Source: Paraspadella gotoi
Taxonomy: Eukaryota > Animalia > Chaetognatha
DNA length: 64,000 nucleotides
Direction of reading: 5' to 3'
NCBI GenBank assembly: GCA_051294375.1
Contig: CM119266.1
Span: forward strand, 10,004,607-10,068,606
Shown here: positions 27,101 through 39,212 of the stretch, in pieces
How the letters are laid out: every line of letters starts with the position of its first letter
How positions within the stretch are numbered: the stretch's first letter is position 1
Program-made: the position numbers and the translations under genes
The notes under the pieces: generated by a model
What the model was told of the DNA's origin: nothing
The model's database searches: none
The model's input: the letters and a program-made list of their open reading frames with translations, nothing else

Positions 27101-27802
27101 GGAAGCACTCAGGCGTTCGTCTATCGGCTCGCAGAAGACGTCTTCTTTAATTCTTCCTTATGGCGAGCGTCTCGAGTTCATACGGTCGCCAACTTTGCCA
27201 GCGACGCAGCACAAAAGCACTCCAGCCGAGAAAAGGCTGGCAGCGTGCGCAATTGTGCTGCGCACTAGAGGAGGTATCTGGTCAACCGCCGGAAATCTCG
27301 CAGGATTGGTTCGACGCGAGGAGCGATGATCGAGCGGAAGCGTCCGTAGTGTTCGAATTCACAGTCTCCACGTCTTCGGGTGGCTCTGTCAACTGGTTTG
27401 TCGGTTTCGTAAGCCCGTCATGACTTTCGCGAGGATCCCTCTTAATGAGACCAGGATTTTTTCCACGCGTACTTAAGCATCGCGGAGGTGCGTCGGTTTA
27501 GCAAGATCGAAGCGGCGCTCATGTCGTCGTATTCACTTCGCGAGCTTTGTAATATATGTTTCTTTCTGACAAAAAAAAATATTTTTCGCTGATTACTAAA
27601 GATAACTTAAATGTTACTTCACACAATTTCACATGTAATTTCATAATACTTGCGATAAGCTGCAGAGAGCGTCCTCTAGTGAAGAGTTCTTTTTTCGGGA
27701 CGCCACTTTGCTTATGAATTTAATAGCCAACGTTTCTCGGAATTACCCAGTTGGAAAATGGAAAACGCGATAAGCGTTCCCAAAAATTGAGCATTAACAT
27801 TT
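24106..27802 (-). pseudogene. Putative multi-exon protein-coding gene or element-encoded gene, heavily frameshifted in this assembly (pseudogene or indel errors); family unrecognised
   Basis: Visibly GC-richer, repeat-free blocks are separated by AT-rich segments with minus-strand splice signals: GT at 27649 to ...tttgtcAG at 27566; GTgaat at 26272 to ...ttcattAG at 26141; GTaatt at 25449 to ...catgcAG at 25278. A less certain intron runs 26700-26536. Minus-strand AATAAA lies at 24072-24077, just past the end of the block. Protein-like stretches switch frame every ~20-60 codons, e.g. GDCEFEHYGRFRSIIAPRVEPILRDF, TWRENTVFLSTYERTKTIWLTTLGDQTRGIHVFYENLK, RIKPGSLHQTCAYENRFHLQVKEPLVQ, KIRLVPHQFYKRNLKEAEDL, HLAFDQGKIWKDYAGYL. 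Confidence 0.5.
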
Positions 27803-29124
27803 CTGCCGAAATGATGAAATCTATTTTTTCCGCGAAAGAAAAAAATAGATTGGCTTGTGTTCGTAGTTTGTCTTCTAAACGAAAAAAAACGAAGATAGCA
27901 AGAAAGCATCTAAACTCTCAAGCATAAAGAACAACTGCTACAAAATGAATTTTATTGAATTAAAAATTACCAACACAACTAATAAACACCATGACAACGA
28001 GTATCTTTGAACTCCCCTATTTCATATGATTTTACTTGTTATATGGAGAAGCGATTTAATCATAACTGATACAACGCGACCAGTTTAGTACTTTAGACGT
28101 CTTTACTCGTGTGTTGATTAATAAATTAGCATTAGAATTAGCATTTTAAAACAAATCATAAAATAAGAATTTATAGCTTAAATTAATAAATTAAAATTTA
28201 TTAATAAATGCCAAATCCTAACGTAATTAATTGTATAAATTTATATGTAACTCTCGACACCGCCTAGACGAAAGATGGTAGAATTTTGAAATATTCCTCC
28301 AAAAATGTTATTCGAAAGCCCTGAGCTAATTGAAGCCGGTAAGAGATGTCACTCAGTACGTTAGTCTGAGTATTATTTCCCCGAGAGACTAGATGACTGA
28401 GAGAAGTGATACTTAAGAGGAGAGATGAAGGAGCTTCAAGTGGTGTGTCTTCTGCAATTTACTGACTGCCTAAAAGTTAAAGTAAATATCTTGTAAAACT
28501 TACCTGTACAGTCGCTAATGCTTGATAATTTGTGATTTTACAAGGACAGTGTGCATTGCAAAAGAAGGATGAAAGACATTCATCTAGGAAACAAGAGAGT
28601 GACAGCCAAGAAGGACAGGGATTGCAAAGAGGGAAGGACATCTAGAGAGAAGAATTAAAGAATGGAAGAAACTGAGTCACAGCTGAGAACAAATGAACAG
28701 TCAGCGGAATTCAGCTCAGTTGAAAACGCACTGTTCTCATTTGAAATATGTAAATTGATTTTGAAGGTTGTGATCTTCAGTGTAGCACGAAGGGAAGAAG
28801 AAAAAAAGGTTAGGAGAAGAAGAAAAAGAAGAAGGAGAAGAAGGAGAAGAAGGAGAAAAGGAAAATAAGAAGTTTTCTTTTTTCTAATTTAAAAAAAAAG
28901 AAAGATATCGAAAGAGATGCGATTCTGTCGATGGATAAGTCGGCATCCTCTTGGCGATGACCCCCATCTCTCCGCAGTCGCCCTTTTTTCATTCTTCACT
29001 TGCCTCCCCGAAAACAAAAAGATGAGAGAAGAACTAGTGAGTTCAATGGGGTGGGAGTGGGTGTCTGTAAACAGCCCAGTGAGCGGTTTTTGGTGTCGAT
29101 GGCATTGGTTCGCTCTTCCGGAAT

Positions 29125-30300
29125 AGGCACAGGGGATGATTGCAACAGGAGGGAAGGAAATCTAGATCGAGAAAGAATTTAAAGAATGGACTAAGAAAAC
29201 TGAGTCACAGCTGAGAAACAAACATGAACCGTCAGCGGGAATTACAGCCTCTAGTTTGAAAACAACCCGCACACTGTTTCTCATTTTTTGAAATATGTTT
29301 TTTAAAGTGTCGGATTTTGCCAACGTTGCTCATCTTGCAGCGTGTTCGATTAGGCAGATCAGATTTTGACAAGGTTGTATGCTGAATGAAAAACATCATC
29401 AAGTATTTTTTTTTATATAATTTTGTCTAGCCCACGAAGGGGACAAGAAGAAAAGCGGGAACAAAAAAGGGAGTAGGCGAGCAAGATGAGAGAAAACAAA
29501 AGGGAAAGAAAAAAAGAAGGAACAACGGACAAGCAGAAGCAGAAAGGGAAGGGAGAAGGAAAAGGAAAGAAGCAACGGAGGGGAAAAAGGAAAAAGGGAA
29601 GGGGAGAGGAGGAAGGAGAAAGCAGAAGAAGAAGGGAAGGAAAGCGGAGGAGACGAAGGGGGGTGGAAGGAGGAGAACGGAAGCCGAGAGGGAAAACGGG
29701 AAAAAAAAATAAGAGGAAGTTTTCTCTTCCTTTTTTTCCTAGAGTTTTAAAAAAAAAAAAAAAGATATCGCCGAAGAAGAGGATCATGAGCAAGCTAAAA
29801 GCATTGAATGTGCGATTCTGCTCGTTCCTGCAAACAATTGATGATCGCATGCTTTTTATTCGTTATAAGTCCGGCATTCCTTGGTGCGAGGATGACCCCC
29901 ATCTCTATTCCGGACTCCCCTTAAACCTTTCGACCCCTTTACTCTCTCTGTCTCTCTCGTCTCTCTCCGTCTCTCTTCTCTCTCTCTCTCTCTGCTCTCT
30001 CTCCTCTTTCCTCCCTCTCTCTCTCTCTTTCTCTTCTCTCTCTCNNNNNNNNNNNNNNNNNNNNNNNNNGGTACCTTACCCTACTTCGACCCCGTTATAC
30101 CTGCTCTCTTCTCCTCTCTCTCTCTCTCTCTCTCGATCTCCGTCTCCTCTCTTCTCTCCTTTCGAATAAACAAATGAAGTATTTCTTGGAAACCAGTCTG
30201 AAAAATCTCCTACCATGTGGAGGATGTTTTGCAGTAGCTTTTGCTAGCGAGAGAGTCGACAAAAACAGCGAGCATTCGTACCTCTTTGACTCACATCACT
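29125..30300 (+). other. Error-rich local duplicates around the 25-N gap at 30045-30069 (28612-28990 repeated at 29125-29920; 30165-30300 repeated at 30319-30412)
   Basis: aaactgagtcacagctgagaa at ~28669 and ~29197; gatgacccccatctct at ~28957 and ~29891; aatgaagtatttct at ~30173 and ~30327. Confidence 0.8.
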
Positions 30301-30407
30301 TCTCTCTCTCTCCCTTTCAATAACAAAATGAAGTATTTCTGGAAAACCTGAAAATCCTCCCGGGGATTTTCGTCGAATCGAAAAAACAGCGAAGATCTAC
30401 TTTTGAC

Positions 30408-31388
30408 ATCACGTGATCGAAAATGTGATCAGATTTTGATCGATGGAACAATCTCATTGTTTTCTCACAGGATCGACTTCAGGGAGGGTAAGGTGGCAGG
30501 GGCGTGTCCCCAGTTGGGCGCGAGAAAACTGGGAATACTTTTGAGATGTGTTTCTACGGGTACCAGATGCCTTCAAGGAACAAAAGTTTGACGTCATGAC
30601 TTGAATAAAAAAAAGATTATGTACAGCAAGTAATGATAATAATATAAATAATAAAAAAATTCCGACCGCGATGACTCTGCGTCGGCGAATATTTTCTCCA
30701 TCCGCTCAACAAATACAGCCAATCAGTGTAAATTCTTCGCTCCCTTTCTATTCGACCAATCACAGAGCGAGAGATCCCGGCGATCCCGCGCGATTTGCCT
30801 AATTAGCGCCAACGATTGTTTTTCCTCAATGTAAACAAAATGGCGCCGTATTTTTTTTTCCCTTTCTATCAAGATCCGTCGAGTATTCCTGAAATTACAC
30901 ACAGCCAATCGGCGTCGGCAAAATCTCTCCGCCAATCAGGACCCCCGGTCACGGGCCAATCAGCGAATCCCAGTCTCGACCGACGAAAGAAGAAAGAGAG
31001 TCGAGTTTTATCTCTCGTCGTTTAACGATCGNNNNNNNNNNNNNNNNNNNNNNNNNNNNNNNNNNNNNNNNNNNNNNNNNNNNNNNNNNNNNNNNNNNNN
31101 NNNNNNNNNNNNNNNNNNNNNNNNNNNNNNNNNNNNNNNNNNNNNNNNNNNNNNNNNNNNNNNNNNNNNNNNNNNNNNNNNNNNNNNNNNNNNNNNNNNN
31201 NNNNNNNNNNNNNNNNNNNNNNNNNNNNNNNNNNNNNNNNNNNNNNNNNNNNNNNNNNNNNNNNNNNNNNNNNNNNNNNNNGAGAGTTTTCTTTTTGGAC
31301 TTAGACTGTGAGAATGAAGCGAAAAAACGCGGGGGAAAAAGCGGATAAAAAATAAGCGACGGATTTTGGCTTCGCGACTGCGCATGCG
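30408..31388. promoter_or_regulatory. Promoter-like cluster of metazoan transcription-factor motifs
   Basis: ATCACGTGAT E-box at 30408; full CRE TGACGTCA at 30589; five same-strand CCAATC boxes at 30719, 30756, 30905, 30932 and 30956; YY1/Pho-type CAAAATGGCG at 30836; NRF1/Ewg-type TGCGCATGCG at 31379. A gap at 31032-31281 interrupts the cluster. Confidence 0.5.
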
Positions 31389-32238
31389 TGAGAGGACGAT
31401 GAACCCAACGATTTCTTGGGTGTTTCAAGATGCCGTGCGATTTGATGTGCTATTTATGTGCTGTGATGTGTTGTTGAGCGATGTATAATTTGACAATGGA
31501 ACGGTGATGTTCTCTGATTTGTTAAGGCTTTCAAAAGTCTTATTTTGACAGGGTAAATGATAAGTTTATGATCGATTTTTGAGAATTTAATGAAGAAAAT
31601 AAAATTAAAAATCAGTCGGTACTGATTCAATTAGTTGTTGAGAAACTATTAATATTAATTTTTAAGTAGCTTAGGGAGTACAATTTCAAAGCCCAGGGGC
31701 CCATTTTAAAAAACCGATATTGCGGTAATTGGCAACGGAGTCTGATTTTCAAGAATTCAAGAATTTAATTGTGACTCTCAAGACGATCTCTATCTTTAGA
31801 TTTCTAGAGAGAGAGAGAGAGAGAGAGAGACGCTCCGCTCCCAGTGCACTAAAAACAATTACGGAAAAAGTGCAGTCAAAAATTCAACATCTTAATATCA
31901 CAATATTAAATATGCGATCAAAATATGCGGTCAAGCATCTCGAACTTCCTTCCGAAATTCGCTATTCCTCGAGATTCGCCAGGATATGGCGCCTCATAAA
32001 AAATCCCCTCTTTCGCATTCAGATCAGAATTTTTATGCGGCTCAAATGTCCGATGCTTCGATGGGCGTCGCAGCGGTCGTTTTCGACGCCTCGATTTCGA
32101 TCTTAGCTCCCATTTTCATACCCTTCTCCCCTTTATTAACTTTTTTATTTATTTATAAGTTATTTAACAATTCATAGTACTTTTTATGTTTTTCCTTTTT
32201 CTCCCGCCCTAACATTTGTTTTGAGATTTTCTTAGATA

Positions 32239-33158
32239 CAAGCGTGACACACGAGAGCTCCGCCGCTAAAAAAAATCGTCAAACTGTAAAAAGCAAGATT
32301 TTAATTTTAATCTGAAAATTTTTTCTATTTATAAAACACCTAAATCATTGATATATCAAAAATTGTTTATTGATGGTTCATGATTTGACTTGACAGGGAA
32401 AAAGTTGCTTTAAAAAATTGTATTTCATTTTACAAATAAATATTTTTTTTCAATCTATTTGTCTAACTTTATGAACATTTTTAAATAATTTTTACATAAA
32501 ACCGTATCCAATATCTGTTTGAGACGCTCTTTGAAAATTTAAGAAATGACATATTTAAGAATATTGTAACATTAAAATTAGCCTCATTCAGCATTTTAAT
32601 CAGATAATCCAAAATTAAAATAATATTTAAATCTTAAAATATATTTTTTTAAATATCTTGTCTATTTTCACTGACCAATTATTGTTTATATAAAATAGCT
32701 AACAATAATTTAAAATTATTCTAAACTGAAATTCTTTAAGAAAATTTTAATTAATAATTATCTTAATTTTGGATTACCTTTTTATTTAAAGCTGGATAGG
32801 CTACATGTTTTAATTAAAGTATTTTTTGTTATGCCATTCTTCTTCATTTTTTTAAGAGATTTCAGAAGAGCATTTAAAATTGATACCTTGTTTATATAAA
32901 ATTATAAAAAATGATTAAAAAGTTAAACAAACAGATTGAAGAAAAAAATGAGTTTTAAAATGAAACACGATTTTGAAGACAACTTTTTCTCTGCTCATTA
33001 GCCAAGTCAAATCCAAAGAACAAATTCCCAATATGAAATTGAATATATAAATGATTTACGGTTTTTACTACAAAAAAATGTTTTCAGATTACAAAAAATC
33101 TTAACAATTTTTCAAAATGATTCTTTTTAGCGGCAGCGCTGTCGTGTGTCACCTGTTG
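32239..33158. mobile_element. Degenerate foldback MITE (non-autonomous, Tc1/mariner-like ends, TA target duplication)
   Basis: The left end TA|caagcgtgacacacgagagctccgccgctaaaaaaaatc matches the reverse complement of the right end, TA|caacaggtgacacacgacagcgctgccgctaaaaagaatc. Arms keep matching inward (gatttgacttg/caagtcaaatc; ttcaatctatttgtctaactt/aagttaaacaaacagattgaa; taatccaaaatta/taattttggatta) to a centre near 32694 (aattattgtt...aacaataatt). TA is present at 32237-32238 and 33159-33160. The element is AT-rich with no ORF. Confidence 0.85.
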
Positions 33159-36100
33159 TAATGATCGTTTTATTCTCTTTCTCTCTCTCCTCTCTCTCTC
33201 CTTCTCTCTCTCTTCATCTCTCTCCCCTTAATAATTTTTGAAGCCCGCTATACGTTTTTTGCGGCCTTTTTGTTGTTTTCTTCTTTTGTACTGACACTTG
33301 AAAATATATCCTCTGATTTCCCGTTCTATGCCTTCATCCGAATCCCCCAACCCCAACATGACCCACTCCCCATTTAATCACCGACGCGTCCCGGGAAAAT
33401 GGAGGCGCTCGAGCGGCGGCGTCTGATCCGCGGTCCGTAAACGCTTCCCGGACGCCCCGCCTTGACCACAAATTCATTCTCGATGGAAACCGAAAGTCGG
33501 AGATGGAATCGCCGAAGGATCGAGGTTTGGGAATACGTCGTCGATTGTTGTTGTTTTTTTTTTGCGTCGTGTTTGTCGTTGTTACTTTTCAAGCATCTCG
33601 AGGCGAAGACTCTAGTGCTCATTTGAGGTCGCACACTTCTCAACGAACTGCATCGGCGCTGTTGGCAAAGCGAGACTCCTAGGGAACCGCCGCCCCAGTG
33701 ATGGGATGTGGAACTGTCAGCTGTGGGTTTCGGAAGGCCCCAAAGCCAACAGTGAGACTGCTCGTCCCTCATAATATTGAAGTCAGTCACATAGCTATAC
33801 GCATGTGCTGGTTAAGGTTGCATTTAACTTTTTAATTTATAACTAATAATTACGGAGATTTCTATATTTTCGTATTAGTATCAGTAGGAGAACATAATGA
33901 ACCAACAATCACTATCGATATATTATCCGAGCCGCACCTAACGGCCAAGCGCGTTTTCTAGGTTCCGGATTAATGCCAATTGCGGTTACGGGCTGAGCGA
34001 CAAAACGGCCAGCCGCCTAGGTGACTTCTTTTGACGTAGTCCGCTCGTCGTGTCGTCGTCGCTGCCGACCTGATGCGCTGCCGCGCGGCGTCACTGAATT
34101 TTTTATAAAAACTACTGACGCTTTTTATAGTTGGATTGTACGTGGGAGGTGCTTACTGTTTTTTTTAGAATAAAAATTATTATGAGAAATACCAATCTAA
34201 CGGACATTTATATAAACTATATAGTGTGACACGTGCTCATCACATGAAGCTCACCTAGTTTTTAGAATGTGGTGTTATCAAAAATTTACATATGGCTTCT
34301 CGAGTCGTTGACATACTAGCTGACATACCTCCCCCCATTATACTCAATTACTCCTGCCAGTAATTAGTACCACCACACAACATCCCGTCGGCCTACAGTG
34401 AGCTGGCCCTTATCTTTCCTAATTAACCAATCACATTAAATATAGGGATGGTGGAACAAAGTACATTTGGCGTCAGAACACCATGTGAATAGACCTGGTC
34501 AAAACTCAAGTGTATTCAGGCACATACGCAACGACAGCCTTCATATGATATTGCATGCTTAGATTACTACCCTGTGCATGGTCTCTCTAGGACGGGCTTG
34601 CTCAATAATCCTGAGTTAATGATCTCTGTTGGAGTGCTTCTATTGACATTTGCACCAAACCAATGGCGATAATTCGAAATGATGGGGCGGCTAATGTGTC
34701 TTGCTAAGAGAGGCAGTGGAGGATGTGTTATGGAACAGAAAATGCTCGGCATAAAAAGATATGTAGCTCAATCAAAAATTTTTGGTTTACAGTATTTCTC
34801 ATTATCTTTGGTGCAGAGAAAGATATAATATCCAATACATTAGCTATGTATAGAAAGAGGCATAACGACGGTTTCACTTGTATAAAGCGAGGCGTGCGCT
34901 CTAAAAGTTTTATCAATGTATATGGGTAGGTGAAACTGCAATAAATGGGGATAATAAACTGGAAAATATTCACACTCTTTGGCCTCTGTAACGATCAATC
35001 AGCGCGTATTCCATTCGTATCAATGCAAATCAAATTTTCCATTTGTTGCAATGATACATAAAGAAGGAGGAGAATTCAACACACACTCATCTCCCAGTAG
35101 CAACCATCACAAGATCTCTTATTCCATTTCTCTCAGTCCTGAACGCATTCCCTAGCTAGAATGTTGCGTGAAAGACAAGAAGCTATTCGCCGAAATAAAA
35201 GAACCGTTACTCCTGTAGTTCCTACATCGCTGGTGGAAAACAACCCGCCCAATGCGTATGCCAGCATAGTCTACTAAGGCACGGCGCTCCACAGGTTGTC
35301 CTGTCCATCCACATCTCACGGCAGTCGAGCGATACAGCCCCACAAAAGCCAAGCACCTATATGTATAGAAGACTTTAGATACGGCCTCCGACCAATCCCA
35401 GAGGGACGAAGAGCCCGTTAAGGGGACATCACAGGCCACAGATCTCCGTAGCTATGAAGATATGGCCATGGCGTAAACTATAAATTATAATATGTTTAGG
35501 CATTAAAACAGAGAAAATAAAACAATCAACAAAGAAGTAAATTATCGCAACACAAGGGAGAGAGAAAACTGACGCATGAGAAAAAGAATAAAAGAGTACA
35601 AACGTGGCATATATAGGCTCAGTATCCACACAATCTGTTGAATCTTCGAAAAACGCTACATCATAATTGTTCCTCACAATCCATTACGCCATATATAAGA
35701 TAATACTGTTGTATGTACTCACGTACAGAGCTAGCAGTACTTAACAGAAATGATATTAGCACAAAAGACCAGGAACCAATAGTACCCTAGCTAGGACGCT
35801 ATCGAAGCGGAGATTGATCCTCGGTCAGTGTGTCTAGTGAGAATCGTGTTTAATGGTGGCAAGTCAATATCAGTGCGGATATTCGTGTGTGAATGTGATT
35901 TGTATCGACTAAAGAAACTAGCATGACGCACACGAATTTGACGATTAGAAGATACGGATAAAGCAGCTATCGTCCTCTCACAAGCGTTAGATGAAAGAGT
36001 AAGAATGTTCACGAATGCTGAACATATTATGCGCGATAGGACACCACCGGATACAGACACTCAAATGGGTGAAACGCGAAAACTCTTGCGACGCTGGAAA

Positions 36101-36654
36101 CCATAAAAGAAAAAAAGAGGGAAAAATATCGTTTATCACGTCTTCTCTCTCTTTCCTCCACCTCTCGACTACTCTGNNNNNNNNNNNNNNNNNNNNNNNN
36201 NCTCTCTCTCTCTTCAACGTTCCCCTGATGGCCCTCTAACCTTTTACCCCGAACCCGAATTCCCCTCTCGACCTTTTCCTTCTTTGTCAGTCTTCTCAGT
36301 CCTCAGTCTGAGGCTCAACTTTTTTTCTTTTTTTCGCAATTTCGTTTTTCAACACTTTTTCTTTCTTTTTATTTTCTTTTCTCAGCCTCTCTCTCCCCCT
36401 TTTCTAATTTCCTGTATGTATCTTATATTTTATATTATGTATATTAATATTGTATAAAGTGTCAACTTTTCCCTCTTTTTTTCTGTTTTTTTTAAACTTT
36501 CATTTTCTCTTTTTTCTTATTGAGTTTTTTGTTTTTCATTTCATACTTTATAATTCATAATTTTTAACCACTCAATTTCTATTTCTACGATTTCTACTCT
36601 TTAACTTTTACATTTCTCCTTCCCATTTTCCCATCTTTTCTTTTGCCAACGAAT

Positions 36655-36925
36655 TTCCTCAACCTCTCTTTCATCCTCTTCAACCTCTATTTTAACCTTC
36701 CCAACCTCTATCAACCTTCCTAATCTCTCTTTCAACCTCTTCAACCTCTCTTTCAGCCTCTTTAACCTCTTCAACCTCTCTTTCAGCCTTCCCAACCTCT
36801 CTTTCAACCTCTTCAACCTCTCTTTCAACCTCTTTAACCTCTCTTTCAACATATTCAACCTTTTCAACCTTCCCAACCTCTCTTTCAACGTCTTCAACCT
36901 CTCTTTTAACCTTCCGAACCTCTCT
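36655..36925. repeat. Minisatellite, ~21-bp period built from 9- and 12-bp subunits (ctcttcaacctctctttcaac)
   Basis: About a dozen degenerate copies. They produce the repetitive ORFs (LKRLKER)n and (EVEREVE)n on the minus strand. Confidence 0.9.
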
Positions 36926-37333
36926 GTCCCTCTCCCCATCTTTTTTCAACCTTTCCCCCTTAAGTATTCCGTCGACGACCGATTGAAGAAAAAAGAAAAA
37001 AAAAGAAATTTGGATAATTGATGATTTTCGCAAGTTTGTCAGATCCGAAGGGAAATTCCGCGTTGGGTCCGAAAATGGCAAAGAATGACGACGACGACAA
37101 CGACGACGACGATGACAGTGAATAGTGCCTTGTTGTACTACATTTAGTTGTATCATGGGACGTTGATTTTGTAAATGCATTTTGATGATCAATTACAAGA
37201 CCAAACTAACAAGCGATCACACAAGCAAGAAACAGACAACCAATTTGAAATCGATTTAAGCGGAAGATTTTGCTAATTTGAAAATGAAAATTGCAGTCGT
37301 TATTTTGTTTATCATAAGCATCAACATCAGCAT

Positions 37334-37341
37334 GATCATCA

Positions 37342-37374
<33 letters not shown>
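37334..37374. repeat. (CAT)n microsatellite running into a gap
   Basis: atcatcattcatcatcatc...catc followed by Ns. Confidence 0.95.
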
Positions 37375-38193
37375 NNNNNNNNNNNNNNNNNNNNNNNNNN
37401 NNNNNNNNNNNNNNNNNNNNNNNNNNNNNNNNNNNNNNNNNNNNNNNNNNNNNNNNNNNNNNNNNNNNNNNNNNNNNNNNNNNNNNNNNNNNNNNNNNNN
37501 NNNNNNNNNNNNNNNNNNNNNNNNNNNNNNNNNNNNNNNNNNNNNNNNNNNNNNNNNNNNNNNNNNNNNNNNNNNNNNNNNNNNNNNNNNNNNNNNNNNN
37601 NNNNNNNNNNNNNNNNNNNNNNNNNNNNNNNNATATAGTCGTCGCTGTCGTTGACGGTTCTGTGATCCTTTGCGGCAACAGTTGAGTGTTGACTGTTTAC
37701 TNNNNNNNNNNGTTCTGTGATCCTTTGACTGTTTACTGTTTTTGCCAACAAATCCAATTAAGAGGATCGTCGTCGTCGTCGTCTTCGTCATCTATGTCCT
37801 CATCATGGTCGTCGTCTTACTCGTCTTTATTTCCATCGTCGTCATCGTCGTCGTTTTCGTCATCGTCGTCGTCCTCCAACTGCGGCGCCACTGCAGACGA
37901 ACATGATTCGCGACTCGATAAACTTTATGACTCGTTTTTTTTCTCTCTCTCTAAATTTTCCCCCCCTCTCTCGGTCGTGGCCGCTGTTTTGGCTGCTGAG
38001 GCTGCTGGGGCGGCTGGGGCGGCGGCTGTAGCGGTTGTATCGAAAATGTCTGCGGCGTCGGCGGCGTTTGCGGCGTTTGCGGCTTCGGCGGCTTTGGCGG
38101 CGGCATTGGCGCCGAAAGAGGCTTGCGGTTCCGAATTCGAACTTTCGCTTTCATTGGTTACTTGTTTTCTATCCTTTTCTTTGTATCTTTATG

Positions 38194-38224
<31 letters not shown>

Positions 38225-39212
38225 NNNNNNNNNNNNNNNNNNNNNNNNNNNNNNNNNNNNNNNNNNNNNNNNNNNNNNNNNNNNNNNNNNNNNNNNNNNN
38301 NNNNNNNNNNNNNNNNNNNNNNNNNNNNNNNNNNNNNNNNNNNNNNNNNNNNNNNNNNNNNNNNNNNNNNNNNNNNNNNNNNNNNNNNNNNNNNNNNNNN
38401 NNNNNNNNNNNNNNNNNNNNNNNNNNNNNNNNNNNNNNNNNNNTTTATTAAAACAATATTTTCTCATTTTTGGTCTCTCATTGTCTCATTTATTAAAAAA
38501 AGAAAAGGCCTCTAGTCTCTCTCGGGCGAGTCATTCTCCTCTTTTATTCTCTCCTCTCCTTCTTTTCCTTCTCTTTGTTGTTTATTGTTTCTCCTTCTTT
38601 TTCTCCCTTTCCTCTCCTTCTGGCCCCTCGGTGCCGTCACTTCATTTTTCTAGATTTCTCTCTCTCTCTGTGGAGAGAGAGAGAGAGAAATCTTCTGTGC
38701 GTAAGACCCATTAANNNNNNNNNNNNNNNNNNNNNNNNNNNNNNNNNNNNNNNNNNNNNNNNNNNNNNNNNNNNNNNNNNNNNNNNNNNNNNNNNNNNNN
38801 NNNNNNNNNNNNNNNNNNNNNNNNNNNNNNNNNNNNNNNNNNNNNNNNNNNNNNNNNNNNNNNNNNNNNNNNNNNNNNNNNNNNNNNNNNNNNNNNNNNN
38901 NNNNNNNNNNNNNNNNNNNGAGTTAAGAGACAGTGGAAGAAGAAGTGGATTTTTGTCTGAGCTTCGACGTCGCGTGCCAAATTCCGACGGAGGGATGGAG
39001 GAAGTCTCGTCGGAGGGTAAGTCAAAGAGGGTGAGGTCGCGGATGGGATGAAGATCAGGGTGGTTTACCTTTTTTTGTATTTCGAGCGAGAGTGGGCTCA
39101 GGGATGAGAAAGACAAGATGGAGATCAACTGACAAAAGCTACTTCATTGGAAAATGAATGCTTTTTTCGTTGGCAGCTCGATTCGTCATCTCGGGAGAGA
39201 GAGGCCGGGATT

